DNA of 64,000 bases from Camelus dromedarius. Lineage: Eukaryota. This document shows, piece after piece, positions 41,656 through 55,075 of this stretch (its first letter is position 1; every line of letters begins with the position of its first letter). Both the position numbers and the translations under genes were made by a program. The stretch is from contig NC_087437.1 of the NCBI RefSeq assembly GCF_036321535.1, positions 94,490,001-94,554,000 of the forward strand, in the 5' to 3' direction. The notes beneath the pieces are model-generated. The model was not told the DNA's origin. It saw nothing but the letters and a program-made list of their open reading frames with translations, and searched no databases.

Positions 41656-41800
41656 AAATATTAATAATCCATTCCATTTCTATGTCTTCAAACATTCTAC
41701 TCAGTAAAATGTACAAAACCAAAGTTCAAAATTTTGGAAGTCTTCAGAAGTGTAATAGATCTGTTACATTTACATTAGCTCTGTATGCCAAAATGCTTCC

Positions 41801-42122
41801 TGTATTAGCCTGTTCAGGCTGCTGTAATAAAATACCTTAGAGTGGGTGGCCGGTAAACAACAGAAATTTATTTCTTACAGACCTAGAGGCTGAGAAGTCC
41901 AAAATCAAAGCCGATTTGGTGTACAGTGAGGGCCCACGTCCTGGTTCACAGACAGCTACCCCCTCACTGCGACTCAAGGGTCTCTTTTATCAGGACACTA
42001 ATCTCACCCATGAGGGCTCCACCCTCATGACCTAATTACCCCACAAAGGCCCCACATCCTAGTTCCATGTTGGGGATTTGGTTTCAACATATGAATTTTG
42101 AGCAGAAACATTCAGTCTGTGG
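41801..42122 (-). mobile_element. MLT1A-type solo LTR
   Basis: tgtattagcctgttcaggctgctgtaataaaatacc..aacaacagaaatttatttcttacag..catgagggctccaccctcatgacctaattacc..aacattcagtc. Confidence 0.85.
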
Positions 42123-43265
42123 AAGTTTTTCTGAATTTGTAGGTTGAAGACTTAAGAATTCTAAAAGGATGTATGTCTCAGATTGCATTATCGTCTCTCT
42201 GACTATTAACTGATAGTAATATATATGTCTACATGGGACTAATAGATTAAAAATTCGTTTCTTTGCGTCTTTATCCTGACTTCGTAAGCTATTTTAGTAC
42301 ATTTTAGATATAGAATAAGTATCTCATTCTTCATGTACAGCCTGAGCTTTATCCTCATACCCTTTGTTTCCTCGCAATACATTTAAAACATTATGTTTCC
42401 TGGAAATGTGATAAGAATTAATTAATATTTTGTGCAATGAATGGAGGCTTAATTGGATATAGAGTCCACGATCCACTCAAATAAAATTGAAGTGTGAGTA
42501 ATAATGTAGCTGTGCCTACGTATCCAGGATCTTTAAGAAACTGGGTGACAAACCACCGAGAACCTTGCTGATTTTCTTATTCCTGCTACTCCTGATTAAC
42601 TCTCTACCCGGTTTTCCAGGTTTGTCTTATCTTGTCTTCACCTCTGTACTTTCTATTCATGTGTTTTATTCTCAGTATTGATTTCAGACTTGTTTGCCAG
42701 AGTCTTTTGTTCTTAGTTTCTTTTCTTTCCTATTTTTTCCCTTTACAAAATCCATGTGTATAAATGAAGTCAGAAAGTTAGTTATGATGATGTTAATAAG
42801 TCTAGGATATTAATATTTGGGGTTTAGCATAATTTAAACATTTGACTAAGTGTATAATATTTGCCTCCTTAGGGTTCCCTAAGTATATGAGAAATCAAAT
42901 GTAATATAGATTAATTATAATATGTACATATATATATGCCCTAAGTACTTTAGGTTTAACTTGTAAGACATTAGTACATTTATATGTACTATGCTATTTT
43001 CAGATAAGACATTCTTTATAGGAGGTGTGAAAACGTAACAAGAATTTGGTAGTAATTTGTCCAGTTTGCCTTGTCTATTTGAAAGCATTAAATCTACATT
43101 TTTAGAAAATATTATACACCTCTAACTTCTTATTTCAGATTAAATGCATCCCAGCTAAACAGGAGTGATAATAAATTCTTAGTAGAGTTAACTGCAGTCT
43201 TATATACGTATTTTTATTCTAGAGAACTCCAGAGTAAGAGTAGATTGGCCAGTCATTTATAAAGA

Positions 43266-43267
<2 letters not shown>

Positions 43268-43347
<80 letters not shown>
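43268..43347. repeat. Compound (CT)n(CA)n microsatellite
   Basis: Perfect ~50-bp CT tract directly followed by a ~30-bp CA tract. Confidence 0.95.
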
Positions 43348-43349
<2 letters not shown>

Positions 43350-45134
43350 CTTATTAAGCTTTTTTTTATTTTCTAGGCTGAAATTTTGGGAACAGCATCG
43401 TACATTTCTTTATTTTTCTTAATTTTTCTAACTCGAGTGTTCTGTGCACTATCAAATCCTTTTGCTTTTCCTTTGCAATGTGTTAATGTTTATTCTATTT
43501 TTTGTCCACCGAACAGACTTCCATGTAATGTCCTATTAACTATGCATACTAGTAAGCCTGTACATGGTTTCTTTCGTATTGATTAACTTTCATTTCCAAG
43601 TTATATAATTGTTACCAAGCTATTTTGTCCCTTATGCCATCACACTATGGGTAAGAAAGTGCCTTTGAATTAGTCTTGCATTCAGTTCTTTGACATTTTG
43701 ATTTTATAATAAGAAAAATAGTACAGTTGATTCCAGCTCACTTATTTGCTAACTATATGCATTCATGCAGACAAATCTCATAAAGATTCTTAACTTATAT
43801 TCTAATATGGGAGGTAATAATTTATGATTTATTTTCCTAATATTAAGTCTGATGGGCTAATAAAAAAGTAAACTTCAAAGTGCTGTATATATGTATTATT
43901 TATTTTCAGCTTTTTACACACACCTTCCATTGTAGCTGCACTTACCTACACACTGAGTGTGTCCCCTTACTGACCATCTTTTATCACTTTCTGCAGTTGT
44001 ATAATTTCAGTACACCCTTTAAAGCCTAGACCAGCCCTATCCCCTGCCCATCTTCAGACGACTTCCTCCATGGCCAGTTTAATCCTTTTAATCTTTGTCA
44101 CTCATGTAATAAATTATCTACAACTCTAATATGAAGAAAGTAGATTTGTTTCATATCTATTTGAGTCTCCACTGCTTCCATAGATTAACTGTTTAAAGTA
44201 TTTATTATTTTTTTATTTATAGCTTTTTTATAAAATCTGATTGCAGATTTTTATTGAGTTAGACCAAACTTTAGTCTATCCAATTTGTCAAGAAGGAGAA
44301 TATCTCTTTACTCCATATGTGGGTTGCTGACTAATTCATCTGCTATATGCAAAATCCAAAATGAGGCTGGCCATCTCTAGTCATTGATTCACAAGGACAG
44401 ACTGTTTTTAGGAATAACTATTACTTCACTAGCCACTGTTGTTTCTTTTGTCTAAGATTAGGGCAGGAATAATCAACAGTTGTTGATTTTGTTGTGTTGT
44501 GAAAAATGTCCAACATTCCTAACTTATGGCCCATGGGATGATAATCAGTTAAAAATTAAGCTGAATAAGATGAAAAGACTGAGAAGACAAGTCTCTAAAA
44601 ATATGTTCTTTCTCTAGAACAAGAGGTGTAACTTAGAAAATAAATTTTGATTAATAATAAGAAAAGTGTCAGTAAATAATTTTAGTTTTTCTAAATGTAA
44701 AAGAAAGAATATGGAGGAAGAGAAGAGGGAGAGGAAGGGGGAGGAGGAGGAGGCTACCTATGATGAAGAGTTTCAGAAGAAGCTGAAAAATAGTCAACAT
44801 GATGTACTGATAAGTTTAGGAAACATCTGTGTTCTCTTAAGTTATCCAAAATGTGTACCTAAAGAAATGTTTTTACTTTGTTGAACCACGTGTTTACTAA
44901 AATTAATTTCTTATGGAACATTTTCACTTTCTAAGAAATTGCATTTTTAATCAGTGAAACATGATTATCCCAAAATATATTTTTGAAAACTCGCTCTGAA
45001 GCAATCATGCTCCTCAAAACAGGGGATATACCAGTCTATCATTACATTTATTACTGTTTAAAAATATGCATTAGTGTCATGTACACATGCACAGCATATA
45101 CTTATCACATATTACCTTTCAACACCACGGCACT

Positions 45135-45270
45135 TGTAGAAAATGTCTCCATCTTGATTGGGTTGGAAGTTATGCAGGTCTGTAGGCTTGTCAAATTTGA
45201 ACCTTATACATTAAATCAGTTCATTTTACCATGCATAAATTTCATCTTAATAAAGTTCATTAAAGTAAAT
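45135..45270 (+). mobile_element. Old L1 (L1MC/ME-like) extreme 3' end
   Basis: catcttgattgggttggaagttatgcagg..ttgtcaaa..ataaatttcatcttaataaagtt. Confidence 0.5.
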
Positions 45271-45449
45271 CAAAACTACTAATGTCTTGCAAGTTAAATC
45301 TAAAACAGACACTATTCAAATGTGAAGCAACACGTAAATACAAATCCACGTTTGCTCTCATCATCGCTGGGAAACTTCATTGGATGCTATTTGAAGTTGG
45401 AGGGCATGGTGATGTTAACAGAGATCAAGTGATGGAGCAGACAGACTTA

Positions 45450-45640
45450 TAAGCACTCCATGTATATTATCTCACCTAGTGTTGTGGATATTATTATTAC
45501 TTCACATTTTATGTTTGAGAAAGATGAGACTAAGTGAACTTAAATTTTTTGTCCAGGGTAAAAGAACATCTGAGTTGTGCAGCTGAGATTCATACCCAAA
45601 CCTTTTGGTTTGACCATCTATCCTTCTAAAAGACTGCACT
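45450..45640 (-). mobile_element. MIR SINE
   Basis: tattatctcac..attattattacttcacattttatgtttgagaaagatgagact..gctgagattcatacccaaa. Confidence 0.6.
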
Positions 45641-47752
45641 GTATTACTTCCATACACTTACTACTTCCAAGTGAATTACATTCTAAAGCATTTCTATTAC
45701 ACTGAATAATTCTGTAATCTCATATTTTAGCTTAATATTTCATAATAGAAGTGAATATTGCAACTTTTTTTTTCTTTTTTCTCATATCATTTTAGTTTCT
45801 TTAATTCAACTATACGGATATTCATTCTTAATGCTTTGATAATAGGCAGTATATATACACATTGATGAGAAGTCTTTCTATATTCATAGAGGTTGTGGTT
45901 GTGGTTTTTGAGTTCACTATATTGTGATACAGAATCTAAACACAATTGCATCCCATTCCTCACTAAAATCAATTGTCCTATTGTTAATATGTCAAAAGGT
46001 GTGATTTTAAATAAGGGTTCATCACGTTTGCTATTAAGCTTGTATTTTTACCTTCCAGTACTTCCATTTTTAGAGAAGATTCTTGAAGATCAAACTTCAA
46101 AGAATCGTGATATGTGTACATATCAAATAATGCAGTTGCCACTTCTGATTTGTGGGTCCTACTTTAAAATCATGTCACTTTATTAGCCACTTACCACGTA
46201 AGTTCACAGAATAGTCCTTAGATAACAAAAATTTGTTTGGGATACATACTGAACATTACAGAATTTGAAAAATATCTGCCTGTTAACATAACTTGCAGGA
46301 GTTCAACCAACTATAATAAATGTTCATACTTTCAGGTTTATTTCCTTGTGATCATTGTTTTGATTTAAAAGAAGAATGTACATGTTTGATAGAGGCCTTT
46401 ATTTTATCCAAACCAACTGCTACTAATAAGCCATATGTAATTATTAATTAAATTGTTAGAATATAATTAATCACAAATATGAAAATCTGTTTCAATAAAT
46501 AGACTTTAAAATATCATTTAACTAATATAATCATTCTAAATTTTCAAATGATGAGCAAGTTATAAATAGCTTCTAGATTCAAACGTGCTTTTATTTACAT
46601 CAAAAGCTGAGGCAAAACTGCTTGTGCACATTTAAAGAATGAGGTTCTTTAGGGGTTTATTCCAAAATAGGGACTCTGGTGGTTAGTGCACATAATAACC
46701 ATATATTAAACTGAGGAGGAATATGAGAAAATCCCCAGGCAAGAGGATCCAAGATGATAGGGCAGCTGTGATATCAAAACCCAGTCAAGAAGACATTACT
46801 AGGATGCAGTATACTTACACATTACCTCTGAAAGAGCTAATTATCTGTACGTCACTGAACAATGTGACCATAAGCCAAAACACTCAATGGATAAACCTGA
46901 AAAAGAGTCTCTGGAGAAACTAACAACTGCATAGTGTTGACTGAAGAGCAGAACTGTTCAGCTAGGCTTGTGCTCATCTGAAATCTAATCTACTCTTTAC
47001 TCTCATTTGACACTTAAGAAGATAACGCATGGAAGATACTGTGGGTATATGATGTCATTTATGAGTGATTCACCAAGATAAAGAAAGTTACCTGGATATT
47101 AACCCCAAACAAGGAAGATAGACAACAAAAATGAATCTATAGTGGCGAAGAATATTTCTTTGGAGCCAAAGTTCTAGCCTAGACAGGAGTTGCTTGAAGA
47201 GTTCTTAAGAGAAAAGAAACCATCCTCAGATACCTTCAGTGAGGTCAGATCATTGTAGCTGGCAGGAGGATTAGGCGGCTCTGCTAAAGCAAAATCTGGC
47301 AATTAATTCTGCAGTGAAAAGTGATAAAGTAAGGACAGCTCAGTCCAGACAGGTTGGCAATAGCTTTGTGTAGATAAACCCGCAGAATGAAGCTGGTCAT
47401 TCTTTTCAAGTTGGAACTCTATCTCAAAAATGAGCGATAGAATGTTATCTTTCTTTGGGAATAAATTATATTTTTATTGTGCTAGATATATTTGCATGTT
47501 TTTGACTCAATGAATAAATTTCCTTCCATTTCTCATCTCCCAACTCTAATCAGTCGCCAAGTTCCTCAAGGAGTGCTTGTGTAGTGCCACCTCTCTGACT
47601 CCCACCCCAGCACCAGCCATTTGCTCTGCTTCCTCTCCAAGCTCCTTTGTAAGCAATTATTGTAAGTTTCTGCACCGCTGTTACGGCCTCTATGCTAATT
47701 TTCCTCATACTTACTTTATCCTTCACATTCCTATCAGAGTTATCTTCTGAAT

Positions 47753-47940
47753 ACACTTGGCCCTTCATATTTGTGGGCTTTACATCTTTGGATTCACCTG
47801 AGGGTGGAAAATATTTGAAAAACAATTCCAGGAATTTCCAAAAAGCAAAATATTTTCAGTGTGCACTGGTAACTATTTATAGAGTATTGATATTACATTT
47901 ACAACTATTTACATAGCATTTAAATTGTATTAGGTATTAC
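47753..47940 (-). mobile_element. MER2B fragment (truncated)
   Basis: ttggcccttcatatttgtggg..ttccaaaaagcaaaa..aactatttacatagcatttaaattgtattaggtatta; the reverse complement resembles the element at 1293-1609. Confidence 0.7.
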
Positions 47941-48608
47941 AGATTTGGTCAATTCTCCAGGCAAAACTGATCGGTCTTCCACTTGAATTAATTCCTGTAG
48001 TTTTATTCTGCCATTTGTTAGAGTCTTCATCTTGCTGAAGCCCTGATGACCGAGGGCTGTGTTGCCTACAAGACGCTGTGTTATTCATGATTGATATGAA
48101 GTGCCTTGTTCGGAATACAACAGCTGTTAAGGGTTGTTTGTTTTGTGAATTTGCTTATAAACTGATATAATTTTAATGGCTTCAAATTGTTTATGTACCT
48201 GCATAAATAAATAATTTAGTTTTTTTTTTCTTCTGCTGTGCCCCCCAAATACCATAGTAACTGGCTTATTATGAACAGTCTGCAAATATTTGGTGAATGA
48301 ATGACCATAGTTTTCTAGATCCTTTGAGCGTGTTCTAACTAAATTAGTAAGAAATTAGAAGCACTTATCTGTCATCCCCTAAAGTGTATGGAAAACTGAG
48401 GAATCATTTATTATTATATCTAATTGAAATGAATTTTCAAAATTAATAATTACTACATTTGTTCAAAACGTATATCCTAAAATGTATGTTGTGTCGGCTG
48501 AATTCATTTAATGATTTAGTTTTATCATTTTGAAAAATGACATTTCAAATGCACTTGTAGTATAATTTTTCACAACATATCTTTAATATTGTCTTGATCT
48601 CAATATAG

Positions 48609-48652
48609 CTAACCATTAAAAAAATTTCTGTGTTTATTTTTTTTCCTCCCAG
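48609..48652 (+). promoter_or_regulatory. Branch point (CTAAC 48609-48613), polypyrimidine tract and 3' splice site of the ROBO1a exon
   Basis: CTAAC about 40 nt upstream of the exon, no intervening AG, T/C-rich tract, CAG acceptor. Confidence 0.75.
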
Positions 48653-48703
48653 ATAAAACATATCTGTGTCACTGGCTGGGTGGAATGCAAGGAAGGGACA
48701 AAG
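48653..48703 (+). other. ROBO1: 5'UTR portion of the ROBO1a start-codon exon (exon 48653-48791)
   Basis: Begins right after a strong acceptor (ttttttttcctcccAG, AG at 48651-48652). The upstream non-coding exon and promoter are not visible in the window (no CpG island). Confidence 0.85.
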
Positions 48704-48791
48704 ATGAAATGGAAACATGCTCCTTTTTTGGCCATAATATCACTCCTCAGCTTGTCAAAAAGTCACCTGTTTCTGGCACAGCTTATCCCAG
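48704..48791 (+). CDS. ROBO1: ROBO1 (roundabout guidance receptor 1), first coding exon of long isoform ROBO1a; signal peptide [29 protein letters not shown] + 1 nt (phase 1)
   Basis: Manual translation from ATG 48704 gives 29 codons plus 1 nt, closely matching the remembered human ROBO1a N-terminus [30 protein letters not shown]. It ends at a consensus donor CAG|GTAAGT (48791/48792). Too short for the ORF track. Confidence 0.95.
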
Positions 48792-48797
48792 GTAAGT
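48792..48797 (+). promoter_or_regulatory. 5' splice donor GTAAGT
   Basis: Perfect U1 consensus CAG|GTAAGT. Confidence 0.9.
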
Positions 48798-51700
48798 GCC
48801 ATGCATGTTTCGTCAAACCTTGATCAGTATCCCTTCTTTGCTTTACATTTGTTTTTATTGTGTGTTGTAAATCAACTTTACTCCTGTTCTTTGGAAGTTG
48901 TAAGTCTGTGTGTAATGGTTTCTTAAGTATGTGTGCTGATAAATTTCAGGGATCAAAGGTTATTCTTGAGTACAGAGCACTTTATTAATTCCCTAGAGAA
49001 ACAGAAAAATTCAGAAAAATTCATTGTTACAGAAGCATGGAAGAAGTGATCATTTTAAGTGATTAGAGTGGTGGAAGGACAATTGCAGTAGGGAAGAAAT
49101 GTGTAGCGCAAAAAGAGTAGCCGAGTCGCAATGCATGTTAGTACTACAGAAAAGCAACATCACGGAAAGTAAAATATTAAATCTGTTTGGACTAGTGACA
49201 TGTTAATTAACGGGCTGAACAATGTCAGAATAAAAATGCAGCATGCTGCTGTGCTGCTGCCATGGTTACTGTTGTTTTTGGTGATGTTAGAAATCTGGTT
49301 CCTTGAAGTCATAGTTTTATTGATGGTGCTAGAAGAACATTGCTGTACAACTCTTTTATAAGAAGCTGACTAAACTTCGTGTTATGGTGCAGGAAAATAT
49401 AAAAATGCATTGATGTACCAATCAAAATATAATTTCAACTTTCCTCTTAGATATAACTATGGGAAAATTGTAGTTAACTTGGACATATTTAAAATATCAT
49501 CATAATTCAGTCAAGTTATTCATAAAAGAATGGTGTTTGGTGTTTTGTTAAACCAAAATGTGAAGCTTGGTTGTTATTTGTTTGTTTATGGTTTATTTTA
49601 ATATTCAGCATCTGTATGTAACTAATCATGTGTATCCACACACAAATTAGAATTTTCAAATAATCTTGGGGCTTGAATTTTTTTTCCCCTGCTGGGTTAA
49701 GATTGACATTTTTGTTTAGAAGATAAAGGGGTTGTGAACAGAAAGTATGTTTATATCTGTTAAGAGCATTCCCATAGAGTGGAGGTATACAGAAAATTTC
49801 AATTCTGTTGTTGCAAAGTCCATTTAGCTGCTTTTTACTGTATTAGGTTAACACACTGAAATTACTGCAAGTGTTTAATTTCAGCCTGTTATTACATTCC
49901 CTTCTCTTGCCACTACTCTGTTGAGTATTGATTAAAATTAATGAATAAACCAATATCAAAAAATGACAATATGAAAAAATGTCATGCATTTTTAAGCATA
50001 TGAAAAATGTTAATTTAAGTCTGAAGTTTTTCACTGACTTTCAAATCATCAGGATAAATAGGTTTTATGAGAAAATATTTTGTAAACTATGACTGTAGAT
50101 TTAGAGATATCTTAGGTGTAATTGTCCTAAACTGTCCTACCAGCTAATCACTGCTCCAGGTCAACAAATTTAGTCCATGATTTAGTTACTGAGCAAGTAA
50201 TCAAATCTCAAAGTGGTCAAGTGTGGTTTGAAACATCTTTACTTATCTAGAAATACGGAAGAAGGAATGCTTGTAGAGATGTGTGGTAGGAGCTGTAAAG
50301 TTTATCTACGGAATGTAAAGTTACCTTTTCTTTCAAGAAGATACTGTGTAATTTCAGAGGAGACATATCACCTTGAACATTTGGCTCCAAAATTTGTCAA
50401 AACTCTGCAATTACTATCTTACATGAAAGCATTTTAAAACCAAAGAGAGCTGAAATACATGAATTTATTGCTTAATACAATACGTAGATTGGGTACAAAG
50501 GTGATCAGTTGGTTAGCAGTTTGCAGAAATAAGTCATACAGATTAGTAACTCAGGGCCCATTTTGAGACAACACCTTAAAAAGAAATCAGGGTGCCCCAA
50601 ATTGGGGTTTATAAAGCTAAATGTCTTCCCCGTTCAGGACCACAGAGTTCAAGAATTATTTCAAAGCAATTTACCTGTCAAAAGAAATATGCTATTAGCT
50701 TTTCAAAGGGAACACCTGCAGAGTGGAAGTCATTTTCATAACTGCCTCCATCTGGGAGCACTGGTTTCAAGCTAAGGTGATGAGAAAACCTCCTAAAAGG
50801 AGTCATGAGCCTTAGGATCTCTCCTCCTTTACATTAACCTCGGAATGACATGAGATCTTGATTCTTTTTGTTGTTGTTGTTCTAGCTTTATTATGTTTAG
50901 TAGAGGCCCTGACATTGACTGAGTTTAGCACAGCTCAGAGGGGGCAAAGATGGGAAGATCAAATATCAGTGACTTTAAAAAACATAGTTTCTCATTCAGT
51001 TGATTTACTTCCACTCTTTCCCTAGAGGAAAGAATATCCTCCTTCATCAGAAATTTATTTCAAAAGACAGATAAATGAAAGTATGTAACATGTTTCTGAA
51101 CAACTATGGAGAAGTTTATGGTCTATAGGACGTAACTTGGTGAGTTATCATTGGTAGAGAGTCTACCAGAACAAGATGCCTCAGGGTCCTTAAGACCAAT
51201 GAAAATAACCGTTGTAATGCAGATAGTTTTATTACCTGAATATTATTATTTTATTACACAAATAAAATAATATATATCATTTCTATGTATTTATATAGAT
51301 TTGATATATATTATTATTTATGACCTGCATTTATTTTATTTTATAGAGTTTTTCAGTCAAACTGTAACTTAGTTACTTGGTGTGATTAAATATTAAAACG
51401 ATGCTTGAACTGACGGATTACCCAGATCATTTTTTTTTTCTATTTCATTTCTCTATATAATACGTTTTAAAAACTGCTGTTGTGTTTTAGAATATTGTAT
51501 GTGATGCAGTTGGTGTATCAGGGAGATGACTAGAAATTCCATGTACATTTTAAATGAAGAAATACACTTGTTGGTGAAAAGTAAATCAGTTTTAAGAGAA
51601 AAAGAATAATTAAGAAGTGGATTCTAAGAATGGTTGGGTCTCTCCAACCATTTGAGTTGTTGCCTTCATTGCATACAGAACCCTTTAAAATCTGCCTCTG

Positions 51701-54049
51701 TATTAAAACCACTGTAAGATGTTTGTCCTGTCAAGTTTCCTTCTCTCTCATTCACATATAAAATACTCTTAAGCCAATGGTGGTTATCCCATGAGGCATG
51801 CTGTATCTGGCCCATGCTACATCTTTATGTAATCTCTGCTCCAGAGTAATCTGACAGTTACCCATCTTCACATTTTAAATCCACCTCCAATGGCAACAGA
51901 TGTCAGGAAGACAATAAAAGACAAGTGTTAAATGATATGTTTTAAAAGTATCTATTCGGCATATAGTAAATTGAATTGAAAATTTGAAGAACATCGATGG
52001 TTAAAAGAAAAAAAGGTTGAATCTAGGTGTATACTGTAAGATTTTAAATGGAAATAGGTGGGGAGGAGGAAGCACACAAGGTTGCATTTCTATTTGAATA
52101 AATCCGACAGCCCACTTTAAAGTTAAACATGATTTATTTTTCCCTCTCTATTCTCTAAGTGTGCAGCAACAGCGTTGTCCTTCATTAAAGATGCAGGTGC
52201 TGACAGGGTGATTTCCTTTGCCCTGCCTCATGTCAACAAGCCTTGAGTATGAAATTGTCTGAAATGATTTACTGCTTCCCCTCCCCTCTCAGACATCCAT
52301 CCACCACCACTTCAGTACCTTGCTGCTTTATCCAAAGGAAGGTACTTGCAAGGACCAAAGTGTTATCTGGGTTTGAGTCACCTATAGATAGATCATAAAT
52401 TTTAATGAAAGAATTCTTTATGTAAAACTCTAGAAATAATAGGAAGTGTATACATATAATACCCATAGACCCCTATTTTTTGTGATTTATTTTTTACATG
52501 CCCTACAGATTTTGAATAAATTTGAGTATTTATTTCAGATTTTAAAAATCTGCTGTATAAGGCAAAAAGAAAATTGAAAATAAGTTTCTGAAATTAAAAT
52601 GTGATAGAATCTTTAAACATTTCTTTATTTGACTAATTTATCTAACTAAAAGTGTTGCATATATGCAAGGGTTTTATCCACAGGAATTTTTTTTCCAATA
52701 GCTGTGATTCGTTTCTATAGCATAGTAGCCTCGGGAAGTGATAAGGAAAATGCATATTATTTAGAAATTATAGTGAATGCTTGTTCATAGACAATTTGAT
52801 TTTTTTTTTGCATTGCACTAATCAGAAATTTATTAATTAATTTTAAACACTTAACAGAGTTATTTGTCTCTTCTATTAGTTATCACATTTAGGTTCAAAA
52901 GTACTTTAAAATGTTAACTCTTCTGATTATGCATTGATACAGATGTTACTGTTAAAAAAGTGATTTGATTATATACATGATTTAATAAATCTGTATGACT
53001 CGAGAAGTGTTTCTCGACATGTTTTTCATAGATGTTTTTCAGAAACGCATTAAATGTTTATTAAAAATAAAATATATAATTTTGAAAGTCAATAGGTCAA
53101 GAAAAAAGCCACTAAGCAAATAAATAGATCAGTGAAAATTAACCTGTATAATTAAAAAAATTATACTTTACATGATTCTGACTTAGTTTTGCCTAATGGA
53201 TACAATTTCCCTTAAATTTTGCCCAAGCCTTAATAGAGTACTGATTCAGACATTAAGTGGCTGGGAATTTATATCCAAATTAGAATTAGAATAATGTCTC
53301 AGTTATGCAAACTTTCTGTAAAAAAAGTTGACATCAACATAAATAAAATCTTTGGCTGTAAATGTTTATTTTCCTCTTCTGATTTTAAAATGAATAAAAA
53401 TATTTTCATGGGCCCCACTGTGTTGTTGGTTGACACTATGCCACTGTGTCTAGTAGCTAAGAGGTCAGTTCTGTGAAGGACCACCAAAAGATAAAGTATA
53501 AATTTATGACTCATGCCTAAATATAATACCAAAAACAATATTCACTACAAACGAAATATAATAAAAACTTAGTTTTTCACATTTCTATAAGCATTATGGA
53601 AAGCTACAAGAAAACCACAAAAATTTTAAAAAAGGATATCTTCTGACTATTACTTTTCACAATTTAATTTTTACAAAAATAATAAGGGACCCACCTATAC
53701 CAAGAAAAGAAGGAAGGTAGGAAGGAAGGAAAGGGAAAGAAAGACTACTCAGGAAACATCAAGAATATCAAAATGTCATAGTGGAGAAAATGTGGCTTTC
53801 GGTTGAAAAGGGCTATATATTAATTGTGTAAACTTTGGTCAATAACTTAATCTCCCCCATGTCAGTTAACTCCTCAGAAGGAATGTTAGAATTACCTTGT
53901 GTTATTTGTACCTGAATTATAGGTAAAATAATCAAAGAATTTGGAACACTGAGAGGATTTTATATATGGAGCTGCTCTTACTAACATTGATAATAATCTC
54001 ATTATCATCTGTAAATGAGTGTCACTGGCCTGGGGTGCACTATATGGTT

Positions 54050-55075
54050 GTCGTGGGACAGTAGCTACTACACGTGTCATTAAGGGAAAACAGGCATGTG
54101 CTCTAAGTAAAGATGAAGTTCTGTAGAGCATCAACTTGAGGAGGGTGTGGAAGACTTCACAGAACAGGTAAACGAGGAGGTAAGAGTCCATTGGAAAGTT
54201 AGGATTCATTAAGTGGAACTTGAGTCTTAGGAGTGCTCTCTGATTGAAAAGGTGTGAGTGGAAAAGAAAATCTCAGGCTCATGCCAAGAGACAGCTCTGT
54301 TGACTATGAGAACACCTATTTGGCTTGATAGAAAGGAAATCGTATATCGGGGGATGTTTGGAGGTGAGTTCAGAGAGTAATTTGAAGTTCAAATCTTGAG
54401 GAATCTTTTATACAAAGCTAAGCAGCTTTAGATGGAAACTCTGGTCAAAAGGAAGGCAGTGAAAGAGTTTAAGATGGGGAGTAACCTAGTAAGACCTTTT
54501 TTTTACTGTAACTCTGTGGAAATGTGGTACATCCAAATGTTTCTTTTTTTAATTTATTAATTCAACAAATATTGATTTGACATCTAATACTGCACGGTAT
54601 TGTGAGGTTGGAGGAGACAGTGTTAATGAAAACAGTCTTGGCATCTTCCACCTTTCTCTTTCTCTGTGGGGGAGAAATAATGAAATCAATGACACATCTA
54701 ATTTTCTATGTATAAATTATAAACTGTCATAAATTGTTATCATGATAGGAGAGAGAAACAGTGTTGGAGGTTTGCAAAAGTACTATCAATACCTAAAATG
54801 TAAACATAGAAATTATTTATGCAATGTTTATAGATAAGTGAATAAATTAACAAGAGGAAGGGGTTGCTGAAAAAAATATGACGATGCCTAATTATACATG
54901 GGGCAACAGATAGGAGAGGAATAGGTTTGCAAAAATACGTAGGATATAGAGTCAGGAGAAGTGGGTGATGATGATAGGAAGTGAGGGGAAAAGGAGAGAG
55001 AGTCACCAAGTATAACTCCAAGATTCATTGTAGGAGGATAGGTCAATGGTGGCATCACTAATGAAATCAGGCAGA
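54050..55075 (-). mobile_element. Degenerate L2 fragments
   Basis: ttaattcaacaaatattgatttgacatctaa (L2 3' end, ~54558) and flanking purine-rich L2-like stretches. Confidence 0.45.

Noticed and set aside
48040..48057. gccCTGATGAccgagggc as a hammerhead ribozyme core or C/D box
   Set aside because: No GAAA after a stem II, no stems I/III, and no convincing D box with terminal stem.
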